64,000 nt of DNA, from positions 1,454 to 65,453 of the forward strand of contig JAUSGH010000019.1 of NCBI GenBank assembly GCA_030649055.1. Reading direction: 5' to 3'. The notes below the pieces were generated by a model. It made no database searches and was not told the origin of the DNA. It was given only the letters and a program-made list of their open reading frames with translations. This DNA comes from a bacterium (lineage in GTDB: Bacteria > Patescibacteriota > Minisyncoccia > UBA6257 > JAUSGH01). A program made the translations under genes and the position numbers. Positions within the stretch are counted from its first letter, which is position 1. Each line of letters begins with the position of its first letter. Shown in pieces: positions 9,691 to 19,703 of the stretch.

Positions 9691-9786
9691 ACCCTTGTAG
9701 TCCACGCCCTAAACGATGCTGATTAGCTGTCTCGAGTATCGACCCTCGGGGTGGCGTAGCTAACGCGTTAAATCAGCCGCCTGGGA

Positions 9787-9818
<32 letters not shown>

Positions 9819-9829
9819 AGACGGGGACT

Positions 9830-9864
<35 letters not shown>

Positions 9865-9942
9865 GTAAGCGAAGAACCTTACCAGGGCTTGAAATGCACT
9901 TGAAGACCGGCAGAAACGTCGGTCGTCTCTCAAGGACAAGTG

Positions 9943-9973
<31 letters not shown>

Positions 9974-10635
9974 ATCGTGAGACGTTCCCTTAAGTGGGGT
10001 AACGAGCGCAACCCCTCTCTGGTGTTATAAGTGTCACCGGAAACCGCCCCCGTTTTTGCCCGCAAGCAATGAAATGCTTGTGTTCAAAAACGGGGGAGGA
10101 AGGCGGGGATGACGTCAAATCCGCATGGCCCTCTGATGCCCTGGGCCACACACGTGCTACAATGGCCGTTACAAAGGGTTGCCAAGCCGCAAGGCGGAGC
10201 TAATCCCAAAAACACGGCCCCAGTTCAGATTGGAGGCTGCAACTCGCCTCCATGAAGTTGGAATCGCTAGTAATCGTAGGTCAGCTACACTACGGTGAAT
10301 ACGTTCTCGAGTCCTGTACTCACCGCCCGTCAAGCCAGCGGAGTCGGTAATACCTGAAGCCCAGCACTTTGTTCGCAACGCAGTTGTTAACAAAGTGCTG
10401 GGTAAGGGTAGGATCGATGATGAGGGCTAAGTCGTAACAAGGCACGCGTAGCGGAAGCTGTGCGTGGATCATCTACATAAACTTCTATAATTTTTGTTAT
10501 AGAACATAATAGATCGGAGCGCGTCGAAAGGCGCGCGTATGGCGTTCGTCGATGAGCCAAAAGTCTCGACGCGGACTTGCTTTCTGATGAAGCAAGGTTG
10601 GGATAACGCAAAAGTTTTTGATCCTTAGTTTTTAC

Positions 10636-10678
10636 AAAAAATGCGAATGAGGCATTGCGCTCTCTTTCGCGTTTTTTG
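10636..10678 (+). terminator. probable terminator of the 16S transcript
   Basis: CAAAAAATGCGAA...TTCGCGTTTTTTG hairpin. Confidence 0.6.
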
Positions 10679-10828
10679 GTTGTCGTGTAACATAGAATAC
10701 ATGCCCCGTGCTACAACTTCGATGGCGCATAAGCGCGTAGAGATAGGCGAAGTCGGCGCGGAACAAGAGATGCTCTTAACATCAACGACAACCCATTATC
10801 AACATCAATCGAAGTTGTAGCACAGGGT

Positions 10829-11209
10829 ATGGCAGACGAACATAAAAAAATTCTTTTAGTTGAGGACGACCATTTTTTATCGTCGCTGTTAAAAAGCCGT
10901 CTTGAGAAAGACGGCGGTTTTGAGGTGGCGCTGGCGACAAACGGAGATGAGGCGTTGGGAGCGTTGGACGAAATGACGCCCGATCTTATTGTTCTGGACA
11001 TCATCCTTCCCGGCCGCTCCGGTTTTGAGGTGTTGGAGGAAATGCGCGCGAAACCCGGCATGAAGGCGCCGGTGATCGTTATGTCTAATCTTGGTCAGGA
11101 AACGGATGTCACGCGCGGGAAGTCGCTTGGCGCCGTTGAATATTTCGTGAAGGCGAATACGTCCATTGACGACTTGATTGTGAAGATTCGGGCGATGATA
11201 GGAGAGTAA
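10829..11209 (+). CDS. single-domain response regulator (receiver)
   Basis: ILLVEDD, DLIVLDIILP, GAVEYFVK. Confidence 0.92.
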   Translation: MADEHKKILLVEDDHFLSSLLKSRLEKDGGFEVALATNGDEALGALDEMTPDLIVLDIILPGRSGFEVLEEMRAKPGMKAPVIVMSNLGQETDVTRGKSLGAVEYFVKANTSIDDLIVKIRAMIGE

Positions 11210-11222
11210 TCGCGCTGTTTGG

Positions 11223-11269
11223 TTATCCACAGTTGCGTTTTTGCGCGCGCGAAGTAATCGCGGTATAGT
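11223..11269 (+). promoter_or_regulatory. DnaA-box match plus putative sigma70 promoter of the major pilin gene
   Basis: TTATCCACA at 11223-11231; TTGCGC-17 nt-TATAGT at 11241-11269. Confidence 0.5.
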
Positions 11270-11377
11270 AAGCAGGTAATAGTGCTTCGGAAAAAGCACT
11301 ATTGTTGAAGTATAAAAGGTCGATGCGACAGAGTAGCAGATACAAAGAAAAATATTCGTTATTAAAAAAATAAAAAA

Positions 11378-11959
11378 ATGAAAAAAGGATTTACCCTCAT
11401 TGAACTTTTGATCGTTATCGGCATTCTTGCCATTCTTGCGACAGCGACAATTCTCGTGTTGAACCCGGCGCAGTTGTTCGCGCAAGCGCGCGATTCACAG
11501 CGCATCTCGGACCTCTCGGCATTAAAGAGCGCGCTTGGTTTTTATCTCGCAACTGCGGCAACGCCGGACTTGGATGCGGCGGGTGGAACTTGCGCGGCAA
11601 ATTATTGGGCAAGCGTAACCCCCGCGGCGCGTCGTTTGACTGGCGCGCTTAACGTTGATCAGTCGGCAAACGTTGCGTTAACGGTGGGAGGCGCGGGCTG
11701 GGTGCCGGTGGACTTCTCCGGCGCATCAGGCGGAGCTCCACTTTCGTCTTTGCCGAAAGACCCGACCAATGCAACTGTGGGCGGAGTTGAGTACAACTAC
11801 CAGTATGGCTGTGACAGCACGAATCGCTGGTTTGAAATAGACGCGAAGATGGAGAGCACGCGCTATTCCAATGGTGGAACGAACGATGTTGAGTCAACCG
11901 ATGGTGGTCTGACGGCCGCGGTTTACGAAGTCGGAAACGACCCGGGTCTTGACCTCTAG
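11378..11959 (+). CDS. type IV pilin (probable major pilin)
   Basis: Class III signal MKKG|FTLIELLIVIGI; ARDSQRISD. Confidence 0.92.
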   Translation: MKKGFTLIELLIVIGILAILATATILVLNPAQLFAQARDSQRISDLSALKSALGFYLATAATPDLDAAGGTCAANYWASVTPAARRLTGALNVDQSANVALTVGGAGWVPVDFSGASGGAPLSSLPKDPTNATVGGVEYNYQYGCDSTNRWFEIDAKMESTRYSNGGTNDVESTDGGLTAAVYEVGNDPGLDL

Positions 11960-11969
11960 TTGACGCCTT

Positions 11970-12560
11970 ATGACGCTCGCTGCAGCATATAGCATTGCAG
12001 TGCTTGTCATACTCATTGGGACGGTAGCCTTGGGCTACCGTCCTTTTGTGGTCGGACGCCCACGCTTTTTTGCCTCGGCAATTATTGCCGGACTTTTTAT
12101 TTTGCTCGGCGTTGAGGCGGCGACTCAATATCACGCGTGGACGCTTTCCGCTCCGCAGAAGTTTTTGCTACCACCGCATCAACCTATTGGATACTTCTTC
12201 ACATATGTCGGATGGCGACTGTTCGCGCCTTACATTCTCTCGCTTCTTGTCGCGCTTGTGATGGTGGCGCTGGCGCGGATATATAATAGGCGGCACGACG
12301 GCGCGTTTTTCTATGACGATGAATTTTTTATGATCGGACTTGGCCTTTTTCTTTCGGGAACTCCGGGTTGGATATTGTACGCGGTTTCAATGATTGCTGT
12401 CGCGGCGGCCATTATCGCGTTTCGGACGGTTTTTTTGCATCATTCTGATAAGTTTTCGCTGCGTGAGTTATGGCTGCCCGTCGCGCTCTTTGATATACTG
12501 ATATATACATGGGGTGCACAGTTGCCGGTGCTTCGATTAATGCAATTTGCAGCGCCATAG
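11970..12560 (+). CDS. polytopic membrane protein in the pilus operon
   Basis: About 6 TM segments; lies between pilin and pilB. Confidence 0.7.
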   Translation: MTLAAAYSIAVLVILIGTVALGYRPFVVGRPRFFASAIIAGLFILLGVEAATQYHAWTLSAPQKFLLPPHQPIGYFFTYVGWRLFAPYILSLLVALVMVALARIYNRRHDGAFFYDDEFFMIGLGLFLSGTPGWILYAVSMIAVAAAIIAFRTVFLHHSDKFSLRELWLPVALFDILIYTWGAQLPVLRLMQFAAP

Positions 12561-12597
12561 GGTCCTGGGGCTTGGGATACCAAGTTCTTTGAAGCGC

Positions 12598-14304
12598 ATG
12601 CGCCAAATTCCTCCGGAACAACTTGAAAAGATTTTACAGCGGGATGGCGTTGTCTCGCCGGCGGACTTTGCCGCGGCGGTCAAGGATGCCGCTCGTTTGG
12701 GCCAGGACGTGGTGCACGTGCTCATCGCGCACGGCATCATTACGTGGGAATATTTTTATGACCTGCTCGCGAAGTTTTTGGGCGTTCCGCGCGCCAACCT
12801 CGGGGGCATCACCATCAACGAGGAATTGTTGCGCAAGCTTCCGGAGGATGTTTCCCGGGAAAAACACGCGATTGTGTTCGGCGAATCCGCAGGGGCTCTT
12901 TTGGTCGCCATGGCGGACCCCAGTGATTTACAAACCATAGATTTTTTACAGCAGTATCTCCAACAGCCGGTTAAGCCATATCTTGCGTCGCAGGATGATT
13001 TGAACCGCGGTTTTTCATTTTACAGCAAGCGTCGTTATGAAGATTTTCAGCGCGCTATAGATGAAAACATTCAGGCGACGCTGCGTCTTAAGGCCGGCGG
13101 AAGCGAAGAGTCCGCCGAAGAGCTCCCTATTGTCGCTATTGTGGATACGATACTTTCGTATGCCGTGGCAATGCGCGCGTCCGATATGCACCTGGAGATT
13201 CTGGAGAGCGAACTGCTGGTGCGCTACCGCATTGACGGCGTGCTGCACGAAGTGATCCGTATGCCGAAGGAAGTGCACAGCGCCGTTATCGCGCGCATCA
13301 AGATTCTTTCCAACTTGAAACTTGATGAACACGCCAAGCCCCAAGACGGACGGTTTCGCTACAAAATCGGCGATGACAATGTGGACGTCCGTATTTCGGT
13401 GATGCCGACGCTGTATGGTGAAAAAATCGTGGGGAGAATTTTGACCGCCACGCAGCGGCCGCTGTCGTTTGAAGAAATCGGCATGTTGCCGGACACTGTC
13501 GCGATTATCAGGGAAAATATTTCCAAGGCGTACGGGATGGTCTTGGCGTGCGGACCGACCGGCTCCGGAAAAACCACGACGCTATACGCTGTTCTTACCA
13601 CATTGAATCGTCCGGAGGTGAACATCGTGACCATTGAAGATCCAATTGAGTTCGGTATTCCCAATGTGAACCAGACGCAAATTAATCCCGATGCGGGCAT
13701 CACGTTCGCGGCGGGGCTCCGGTCGATTGTGCGCCAGGACCCGAACGTTATTATGGTCGGCGAAATCCGCGATAAGGAAACCGCGGAAATTTCCGTGCAT
13801 TCGGCGCTTACGGGCTCCTTAGTGCTTTCAACGCTGCACACCAACGATGCCGCGACCGCGGTGCCGCGGCTCTTGGATATCGGCATCGCGCCGTTTTTGG
13901 TCGCGGCGGTGCTGAACCTTGTTGTCGGTCAGCGTCTGGTGCGGCGTATTTGCCTTGACTGCATTGAGTCTTATGAGCCGGATGCGGCGACAGCGAGCGC
14001 GATCGTGGCGCAGTTTCAAACTATGGGCATTGTTACCGCGTACAAGCCGCCGAAACTGATGTATCGCGGCGCGGGATGTGAGCGTTGTGGGCACATCGGT
14101 TATCGCGGACGGTTCGGTATTTATGAGTTGCTGCAGATCTCCGAATCCACCCGCCGGATGCTTGTTTCTTCGGATTTTTCTCTTGATGGGTTGCGGAAAA
14201 CGGCGCGTGAAGAGGGGATGATTACCATGTTTGAAGATGGCCTGCGCAAAGTCGAGCGTGGGATGACCACCATCGAAGAAGTGTTCAGAGTGATAAGAGA
14301 ATAA
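12598..14304 (+). CDS. pilB: type IV pilus assembly ATPase PilB/GspE
   Basis: ASDMH, GPTGSGKTTT, TIEDPIE, RQDPNVIMVGEIRD, STLHTN, CxxC motifs. Confidence 0.95.
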   Translation: MRQIPPEQLEKILQRDGVVSPADFAAAVKDAARLGQDVVHVLIAHGIITWEYFYDLLAKFLGVPRANLGGITINEELLRKLPEDVSREKHAIVFGESAGALLVAMADPSDLQTIDFLQQYLQQPVKPYLASQDDLNRGFSFYSKRRYEDFQRAIDENIQATLRLKAGGSEESAEELPIVAIVDTILSYAVAMRASDMHLEILESELLVRYRIDGVLHEVIRMPKEVHSAVIARIKILSNLKLDEHAKPQDGRFRYKIGDDNVDVRISVMPTLYGEKIVGRILTATQRPLSFEEIGMLPDTVAIIRENISKAYGMVLACGPTGSGKTTTLYAVLTTLNRPEVNIVTIEDPIEFGIPNVNQTQINPDAGITFAAGLRSIVRQDPNVIMVGEIRDKETAEISVHSALTGSLVLSTLHTNDAATAVPRLLDIGIAPFLVAAVLNLVVGQRLVRRICLDCIESYEPDAATASAIVAQFQTMGIVTAYKPPKLMYRGAGCERCGHIGYRGRFGIYELLQISESTRRMLVSSDFSLDGLRKTAREEGMITMFEDGLRKVERGMTTIEEVFRVIRE

Positions 14305-14306
14305 AT

Positions 14307-15521
14307 ATGAAATTCCATTATATTGCGACTACGTCGTCCGGAAAGACTGTTGAAGGGGATTATGACGCGACTGCCACCGCTGACGTGCTGGTGTACCTCG
14401 GTTCAAAAGGGTTGAAGCCTATTACCGTTAGGCGCGCTGATGCTTCGGCGTCTAGTGAGCGCGCGAAGCGGTTTTTCGGCCAGCCGATTACTGTCGCCGA
14501 CCAGATTTTTCTCACGCGTTATTTGGGGTTAATGCTCAAAGTCGGCGTGGATCTCTTCCGTGTTATTGATATTCTGACTGCGGACGTTGAAAAGCCGGCG
14601 ATGAAGGCGTTTTTGATGGAGTTGAAAGGTGGACTTGAAAAAGGGCAGCCGTTTTATCTTGCGTTCGCCCGTTATCCGAATTATTTTTCTCCGGTATTCG
14701 TGAATCTTATTAAAGCCGGCGAGCTTTCCGGAAATCTTGATTTTGCATTTGAGAGTTTGAGTGTTTCGCTGGAGCGGGAGCAGTCGCTTCGGAATAAGGT
14801 GAAAGCGGCGGTTATTTACCCTGTGATTCTGCTCGTGCTCGCGACGACCATTCTTTTTTTCCTCGTCACCTTCGATCTGCCGAAAATCGCGAACGTGTTT
14901 TTGAGCACTGGCGCCGAGCCGCCGGCGTTCTCCCGCATCGTGTTTACTGTGGGGCTTTTTCTGGCGGATTACGTTTGGTTCTTTGTCGCGGGTATCGTGC
15001 TCCTTGCCGGCGGCGCGTGGTTTTTCTTCGCGCAAACACTTGCCGGGCGGCGGATGCTGTATCTTGGGCTCGCGTATGCCCCCGTTTTTCGGACGGTATT
15101 CCAGCGTATTTCATTGCAGCAGTTCGCTTCAACGCTTTCGGCACTCATGCGGTCAGGTATGCCGATTCTGGAAGCGCTCCGGATTACCGGGGACGTGGTG
15201 AGTTTCCCTTCAATGCATGATGGTCTGCATCGTATCGCGGATGAAGGCGTCGCGAAGGGCACTGGCCTGGGCGAAGCATTCCGCCGCGAACCGGCGTTTC
15301 CACTTGTCGTCTCAAACCTTATCGCGGTTTCGGAAAAAGCCGGACATACCGCTGAAATTTTGGACACGCTCGCGAAGTTCTACGATTCCGAAATTGACTC
15401 GTCGCTCAAGACTTTGGTGTCGCTCGTGGAGCCGCTGATGTTGTTCTTTATCGGCGGCATCGTGGGACTTATCGCGCTTGCCATCATTATTCCGATTTAT
15501 CAATTAGTGGGACAGTTTTAA
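14307..15521 (+). CDS. pilC: type IV pilus platform protein PilC/GspF
   Basis: Two T2SSF domains (AGELSGNL; LVEP...IIIPIYQL). Confidence 0.93.
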   Translation: MKFHYIATTSSGKTVEGDYDATATADVLVYLGSKGLKPITVRRADASASSERAKRFFGQPITVADQIFLTRYLGLMLKVGVDLFRVIDILTADVEKPAMKAFLMELKGGLEKGQPFYLAFARYPNYFSPVFVNLIKAGELSGNLDFAFESLSVSLEREQSLRNKVKAAVIYPVILLVLATTILFFLVTFDLPKIANVFLSTGAEPPAFSRIVFTVGLFLADYVWFFVAGIVLLAGGAWFFFAQTLAGRRMLYLGLAYAPVFRTVFQRISLQQFASTLSALMRSGMPILEALRITGDVVSFPSMHDGLHRIADEGVAKGTGLGEAFRREPAFPLVVSNLIAVSEKAGHTAEILDTLAKFYDSEIDSSLKTLVSLVEPLMLFFIGGIVGLIALAIIIPIYQLVGQF

Positions 15522-15531
15522 TTTGAACATT

Positions 15532-15623
15532 GGACAAGTGACAATTGACAGGTGACCAACGGACGCGGGTGTTACTTCTCGTCCGTCGTCAAGTCAATGG
15601 TTAAATGTCAGTGGTCAAATGTT
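15532..15623. repeat. inverted heptamer repeats (TGACAA / GTCAAT units)
   Basis: ggacaag tgacaat tgacagg tgacc ... gtcaatg gttaaat gtcagtg gtcaaat. Confidence 0.75.
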
Positions 15624-16092
15624 TCATAAACGCATTATGCGCGGCTACACTCTCATTGAATTACTTATCGTCAGCGGGATTTCGATTGTGATTCTTTCCG
15701 TGGGCGCATTAGGGCTTTTGAATTATCGCGCGAGCCAGGATTTGCGGCTGGCCGCGCAGTCGGTTGCGTCAACGCTTCGCGACGCGCGCTCCAACGCGAC
15801 AACAGGGGAAGACGGATTGCGGTGGGGTGTGCGTTTTGTGGGAGGCGTGAGGGGATCCGCCACGCTATTCTCTACCGACGGAACAAGTTATCTGGCATCC
15901 GCGACAATGACGTTAAAAAGCGATTTGGAGTTCCGTGATCCGGCAACCGGCAGCACCAAAGACGTTATCTTTGACCGGTTAACCGGATATCCAATTGGGG
16001 GCACCGCTGTTATAATAGAAATAGGCGTCATAGGAAATGATGCCGTCAGTACAACGCTCAATATTTATGCGAACGGACGGATTGAATTTTAA
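15619..16092 (+). CDS. minor pilin (FimT/GspH-like)
   Basis: RG|YTLIELL; VIFDRLTG; IYANGRI. Confidence 0.88.
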   Translation: MFHKRIMRGYTLIELLIVSGISIVILSVGALGLLNYRASQDLRLAAQSVASTLRDARSNATTGEDGLRWGVRFVGGVRGSATLFSTDGTSYLASATMTLKSDLEFRDPATGSTKDVIFDRLTGYPIGGTAVIIEIGVIGNDAVSTTLNIYANGRIEF

Positions 16093-16738
16093 TGAAAGAC
16101 GCCTGCGCCAAAAGGCTTCGGCGAGCCAAGGCGGGCAATCGCTGCTTGAGCTGATGGTGGCAATCGGCATCAGCGCGTTACTTATCGGCGGCGCCGCGAC
16201 GGTCATTGCGCTCGCGTTGCGCGTTGACGCGGTAAATAAGCCGTTGCAAGGCGCGCTCTTTGCCGCGCAGGGTTTGATTGATAATATCGCGGTGCTTGGG
16301 GAGGCGGATTGGCGGGGGAATATTGGCGCGCTTTCGCCCGCGCCGGCTACGTATTACGTGGACTCTTTGGGGGGCGATCTCGCTATTCTTTCCGGCGCTG
16401 AAACGCTCGTTATCGATGCCGTGCAATATACCCGTTATTTTACGATTGAAGACGTTACGCGTGACACGACAGGCGCCATAGCGACTCCCGGAACGCTTGA
16501 CCCGTCAACAAAAAAGATTACCGCGACGGCGGAGTGGCAGGAGGGGGTGTCAACGCCGAAATTTTCTCTGGTGAAGTATGTCGCGCGTTCGGCGCGGAAT
16601 ACGTCAAGCGCGCAAGTCGACTGGTCCGGCGGTTCGGGGCAGGTGGGTACCTTCGCGGCGAGCGATAAATATGATGTTGCCGGCGCCGGAATTGATACCG
16701 TTTCGCAGCCGGGTACGATTAAATTGCAGCTACCGTAA
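16067..16738 (+). CDS. minor pilin (PilV-like); start uncertain
   Basis: GQSLLELMVAI prepilin motif; nearest in-frame ATG is 16067. Confidence 0.82.
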   Translation: MRTDGLNFNERRLRQKASASQGGQSLLELMVAIGISALLIGGAATVIALALRVDAVNKPLQGALFAAQGLIDNIAVLGEADWRGNIGALSPAPATYYVDSLGGDLAILSGAETLVIDAVQYTRYFTIEDVTRDTTGAIATPGTLDPSTKKITATAEWQEGVSTPKFSLVKYVARSARNTSSAQVDWSGGSGQVGTFAASDKYDVAGAGIDTVSQPGTIKLQLP

Positions 16739-16741
16739 ATC

Positions 16742-17701
16742 ATGGAAGCAACAAAGCAACAAAGCAATAAAGCAATAAAGCAAGGGAGCATTGCGGTAAA
16801 ACATAAAAGGGCAGTCTTGCTTCTTTGCTTCTTTGCTTCTTTGCTTTTTGTTATCCCTGCGCTCGCCGGAAACATCTCATCACAGCCGTCGGAGCGTTGG
16901 GCGTGGAGCGACGCGGTGGGCTGGATTGATTTCTTCGGCGTGACGGCAACTCCACCGGTGCTTCAGGGGTATGGGACGGGAAGCGCCATCGGAGAAGTGG
17001 CAATGGATTGCGCCACTACATCCATCGGCAATATTTGCGCAGTGAGTAATTTTAAGGTTGTGAATGACGGCTACGGTAATCTTTCGGGCTGGGCGTGGAG
17101 CGACGCCATCGGCTGGATCAGTTTTTGGTGCGGTAATGTTTCGCCGGGCGATTGCCAATCTTCAAATTATCAGGTGACGATTGATGGCGCCGGAGATTTC
17201 CACGGCTGGGCGTGGAATGACGCCATCGGCTGGATCAGTTTTAATTGTGATCATTCGGGCGATGGGGGGGCTAATCAGTGCACGACCTCAAGTTATAAAT
17301 TGAAGACGACGTATATTCCGGGGGTTCCGATGTATAGCGGTTCCTTGACCTCCAGCGTGTTTGACGCCGAGGTACCTGTTGCCTTGAATGCCATTCTTTG
17401 GAAGGGCACGCTGAACAGTCTTGTATCTTCGTCGGTGCGGTTCCGCGTCGCGTCTTCCAATTGCAGTAATGGGAAAACCAATCCGCCGGTTTGCGACGAC
17501 TCGGGAACGTGGGAGTTTTTGGGACCTAACAGCTCTACAACTGATTATTATATTCCCACCGGTCCGGACGCTCCCGCGGCGATTGATACGCGCGACCACA
17601 ACAACGTCCGCTACTTCCGTTACGAGGTTTTTATTGACTCCGATGTGTTCGGCGCGGTGACGCCCGAAATCAACGACATAATCATCAATTGGAGCCCATG
17701 A
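16742..17701 (+). CDS. secreted pilus-associated protein with WAWSDAIGWI repeats
   Basis: Signal peptide, three WAW(S/N)D..GWI repeats, Cys pairs, RYFRY C-terminal domain. Confidence 0.8.
   Translation: MEATKQQSNKAIKQGSIAVKHKRAVLLLCFFASLLFVIPALAGNISSQPSERWAWSDAVGWIDFFGVTATPPVLQGYGTGSAIGEVAMDCATTSIGNICAVSNFKVVNDGYGNLSGWAWSDAIGWISFWCGNVSPGDCQSSNYQVTIDGAGDFHGWAWNDAIGWISFNCDHSGDGGANQCTTSSYKLKTTYIPGVPMYSGSLTSSVFDAEVPVALNAILWKGTLNSLVSSSVRFRVASSNCSNGKTNPPVCDDSGTWEFLGPNSSTTDYYIPTGPDAPAAIDTRDHNNVRYFRYEVFIDSDVFGAVTPEINDIIINWSP
16746..16850. repeat. inverted octamer repeats (AAGCAAYA / TTGCTTCT) inside the CDS 5' end
   Basis: aagcaaca x2, aagcaata x2 ... ttgcttct x3. Confidence 0.85.
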
Positions 17702-18162
17702 TAATAAAACAAGAAAACAACCCTTCGACGCGGCTCAGGGCAGGGAAATCAAGAAAGCAACGGGGGGTAGTGGCGTTTTCAACTATACTGGTCCTTAGCG
17801 CCATCGTTGTTGAGGTGGGCATCGCGGCGAGTCTTCTGGTGTATTTTTTGAATCGTTCCAACTATGGTATCCGGCTCACCAATGAGGCGTTCGCGGCGGC
17901 GCGTGCCGGTGTTGACGATGCCATGATTCGCATCGTGCGCGCGAGGTTTTACCCATCGTGCGAAACAACATACAACCTTGTCGTCAGCGGCGCTGTAAGC
18001 GCGGATGTGACGATTCAAAATGTCGCGTGCAGTAGCGTTGCTGAAACGCAGTACATCATTTCCTCTACCGGAAAAGCGTTAGGGAAGCGCCGGACGCTTA
18101 CGGCAACGCTCGACATCAATCCCTCAACGCGGGAAGTCCGGGTGCTGAATATCGCTGAGTAG
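17698..18162 (+). CDS. PilX-like minor pilin
   Basis: RG|VVAFSTILVL, AFAAARAGVDDA, ISSTG; ATGA overlap with the upstream stop. Confidence 0.8.
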   Translation: MIIKQENNPSTRLRAGKSRKQRGVVAFSTILVLSAIVVEVGIAASLLVYFLNRSNYGIRLTNEAFAAARAGVDDAMIRIVRARFYPSCETTYNLVVSGAVSADVTIQNVACSSVAETQYIISSTGKALGKRRTLTATLDINPSTREVRVLNIAE

Positions 18163-18170
18163 AACTTGTT

Positions 18171-19682
18171 ATGATAAATATCAAAACCGCTTTCACTAAG
18201 TTTCTTCGTCTTGTGAGTCCCGCTACTCCCGTGGGCGGGCTTGAAATTTCCGATAATTTTCTGCGGTTTTTTGGCGTAGTGGCGGGCGTTCCTAAAACCG
18301 CGGCAATCCATCTTCCGCCCGGAGTTGTCACTGGAGGACGCGTTGCCGAGCCGGTGAATTTCCGCAAAGCGCTCCACGAACTCCGCGCGAATGTCGCAGG
18401 TGGCGAGGCGCGATGCCACGTGGTCGTCACCCTTGAGACGCCGGCCGTGTATAGCCAGATATTTTCCGTGCCCGTTGTCGCCCCTGATCGTCTCGGTGAG
18501 GCAGTGGAGCTGAATCTGCGGATGATTTCTCCTATGAGTGTTGATCGTGTGTACGCGGATGCCGAACGCGTGGGATCCGGCGCCTCCGGAGAAACGGAAT
18601 ACCTCGGAGCGTTTTTGGAGCGCGCGATTGCCGACGAGTTTAGCGCGGCATTGGCGAGCTCCGGTTTTGTGCTATTGGCTTTGGAATTTACCGGGCTTTC
18701 CGTTGCCCGCCTTATCGGCACGCTCGGCGTTGGGTATGTCAAAGGTGAATCCTATCTTGTATTGCGTGTTTCCGCCGGAGGTCTTGAGTTGCTCATACTC
18801 CGGAACGGTAATTTGCACTTTGACCATTTTTCTCCGTGGGGTGAGGTCGGCGCGGATGGCGCGCGTGCGATTGATGATGCCCGTTTTGAAGACGTGCTCC
18901 GTCGCGAAGTGCAGCGCGTCCTGAATTTTTACTCCGGCAAGTGGCCGGGGAGTTTCAAGGGCGTTATTCTTCTTGCGCGGGATGTCGCGCCGCGCGTGGA
19001 GCGTGTGCTTACGCAATATTTTGACCTTGCGGTCATGCCGCTTGCCGTGACGCAGTTCGGAGATGTTATTCCGTCGTTTGCCGGCGCCTTGGGCGCGTAT
19101 CTTCGTGGCAGTATTTCCCGTGAAAGCGACACATTCATCAGCGTTGCTCCGGTGGGTACGGAAGAGGCGTTCGCGTGGAGTCGTTTACTGCGTTTTCTCG
19201 CGTTTTGGCGCAATGTGGCGCTGACTGCCTGTAGCTTTCTGTTTCTTGTCACACTTGTCGCGGCAAGTATCTCCGCGCGTATTGAGACGTCGCTGCGCAC
19301 CACTTCCACGCTTGTTCCGCCGGGCGTGGACGCGAATGAAGTGGCAATGTTAGAGAGCCAGGCAAAAGCGTTTAATTCCGATCTCGGCGCGGCGCTCCGC
19401 GCGCGCGGATCGGCAAAAGTTTTATCGCCGCTGTTTACGGAACTCCGTAAAATTTCGGGTGAAACCGTGACGCTTGAACGTGTTTCGTTTTCGCCGTCCG
19501 GTGGTGAGATGAATATTTCGGGGCGCGCCATTTCCGAACTTGCGGCGATTAACTTCAAAAACGCCTTGGCGCGTCGGGAGGGATTTACCGCGGTGAATTT
19601 ACCGCTCGCGAATATCGTTCCTGATTCTGACGGCAAGGTGACGTTCCAGCTTACGCTGCGCGTGGAAAAAGAGGCGCCGTAG
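18171..19682 (+). CDS. PilM-like/PilN-like fusion protein
   Basis: GGLEISD actin-like N-terminus, one TM, PilN-like C-terminus (ISGRA...F..V). Confidence 0.75.
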   Translation: MINIKTAFTKFLRLVSPATPVGGLEISDNFLRFFGVVAGVPKTAAIHLPPGVVTGGRVAEPVNFRKALHELRANVAGGEARCHVVVTLETPAVYSQIFSVPVVAPDRLGEAVELNLRMISPMSVDRVYADAERVGSGASGETEYLGAFLERAIADEFSAALASSGFVLLALEFTGLSVARLIGTLGVGYVKGESYLVLRVSAGGLELLILRNGNLHFDHFSPWGEVGADGARAIDDARFEDVLRREVQRVLNFYSGKWPGSFKGVILLARDVAPRVERVLTQYFDLAVMPLAVTQFGDVIPSFAGALGAYLRGSISRESDTFISVAPVGTEEAFAWSRLLRFLAFWRNVALTACSFLFLVTLVAASISARIETSLRTTSTLVPPGVDANEVAMLESQAKAFNSDLGAALRARGSAKVLSPLFTELRKISGETVTLERVSFSPSGGEMNISGRAISELAAINFKNALARREGFTAVNLPLANIVPDSDGKVTFQLTLRVEKEAP

Positions 19683-19703
19683 CCGCTTCATTCCGCTACG
19701 ACG

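Noticed and set aside
10701-10820. 39-aa ORF 7 nt after a TAACAT hexamer
   Set aside because: Weak -10 match and no motifs; too little support to call.
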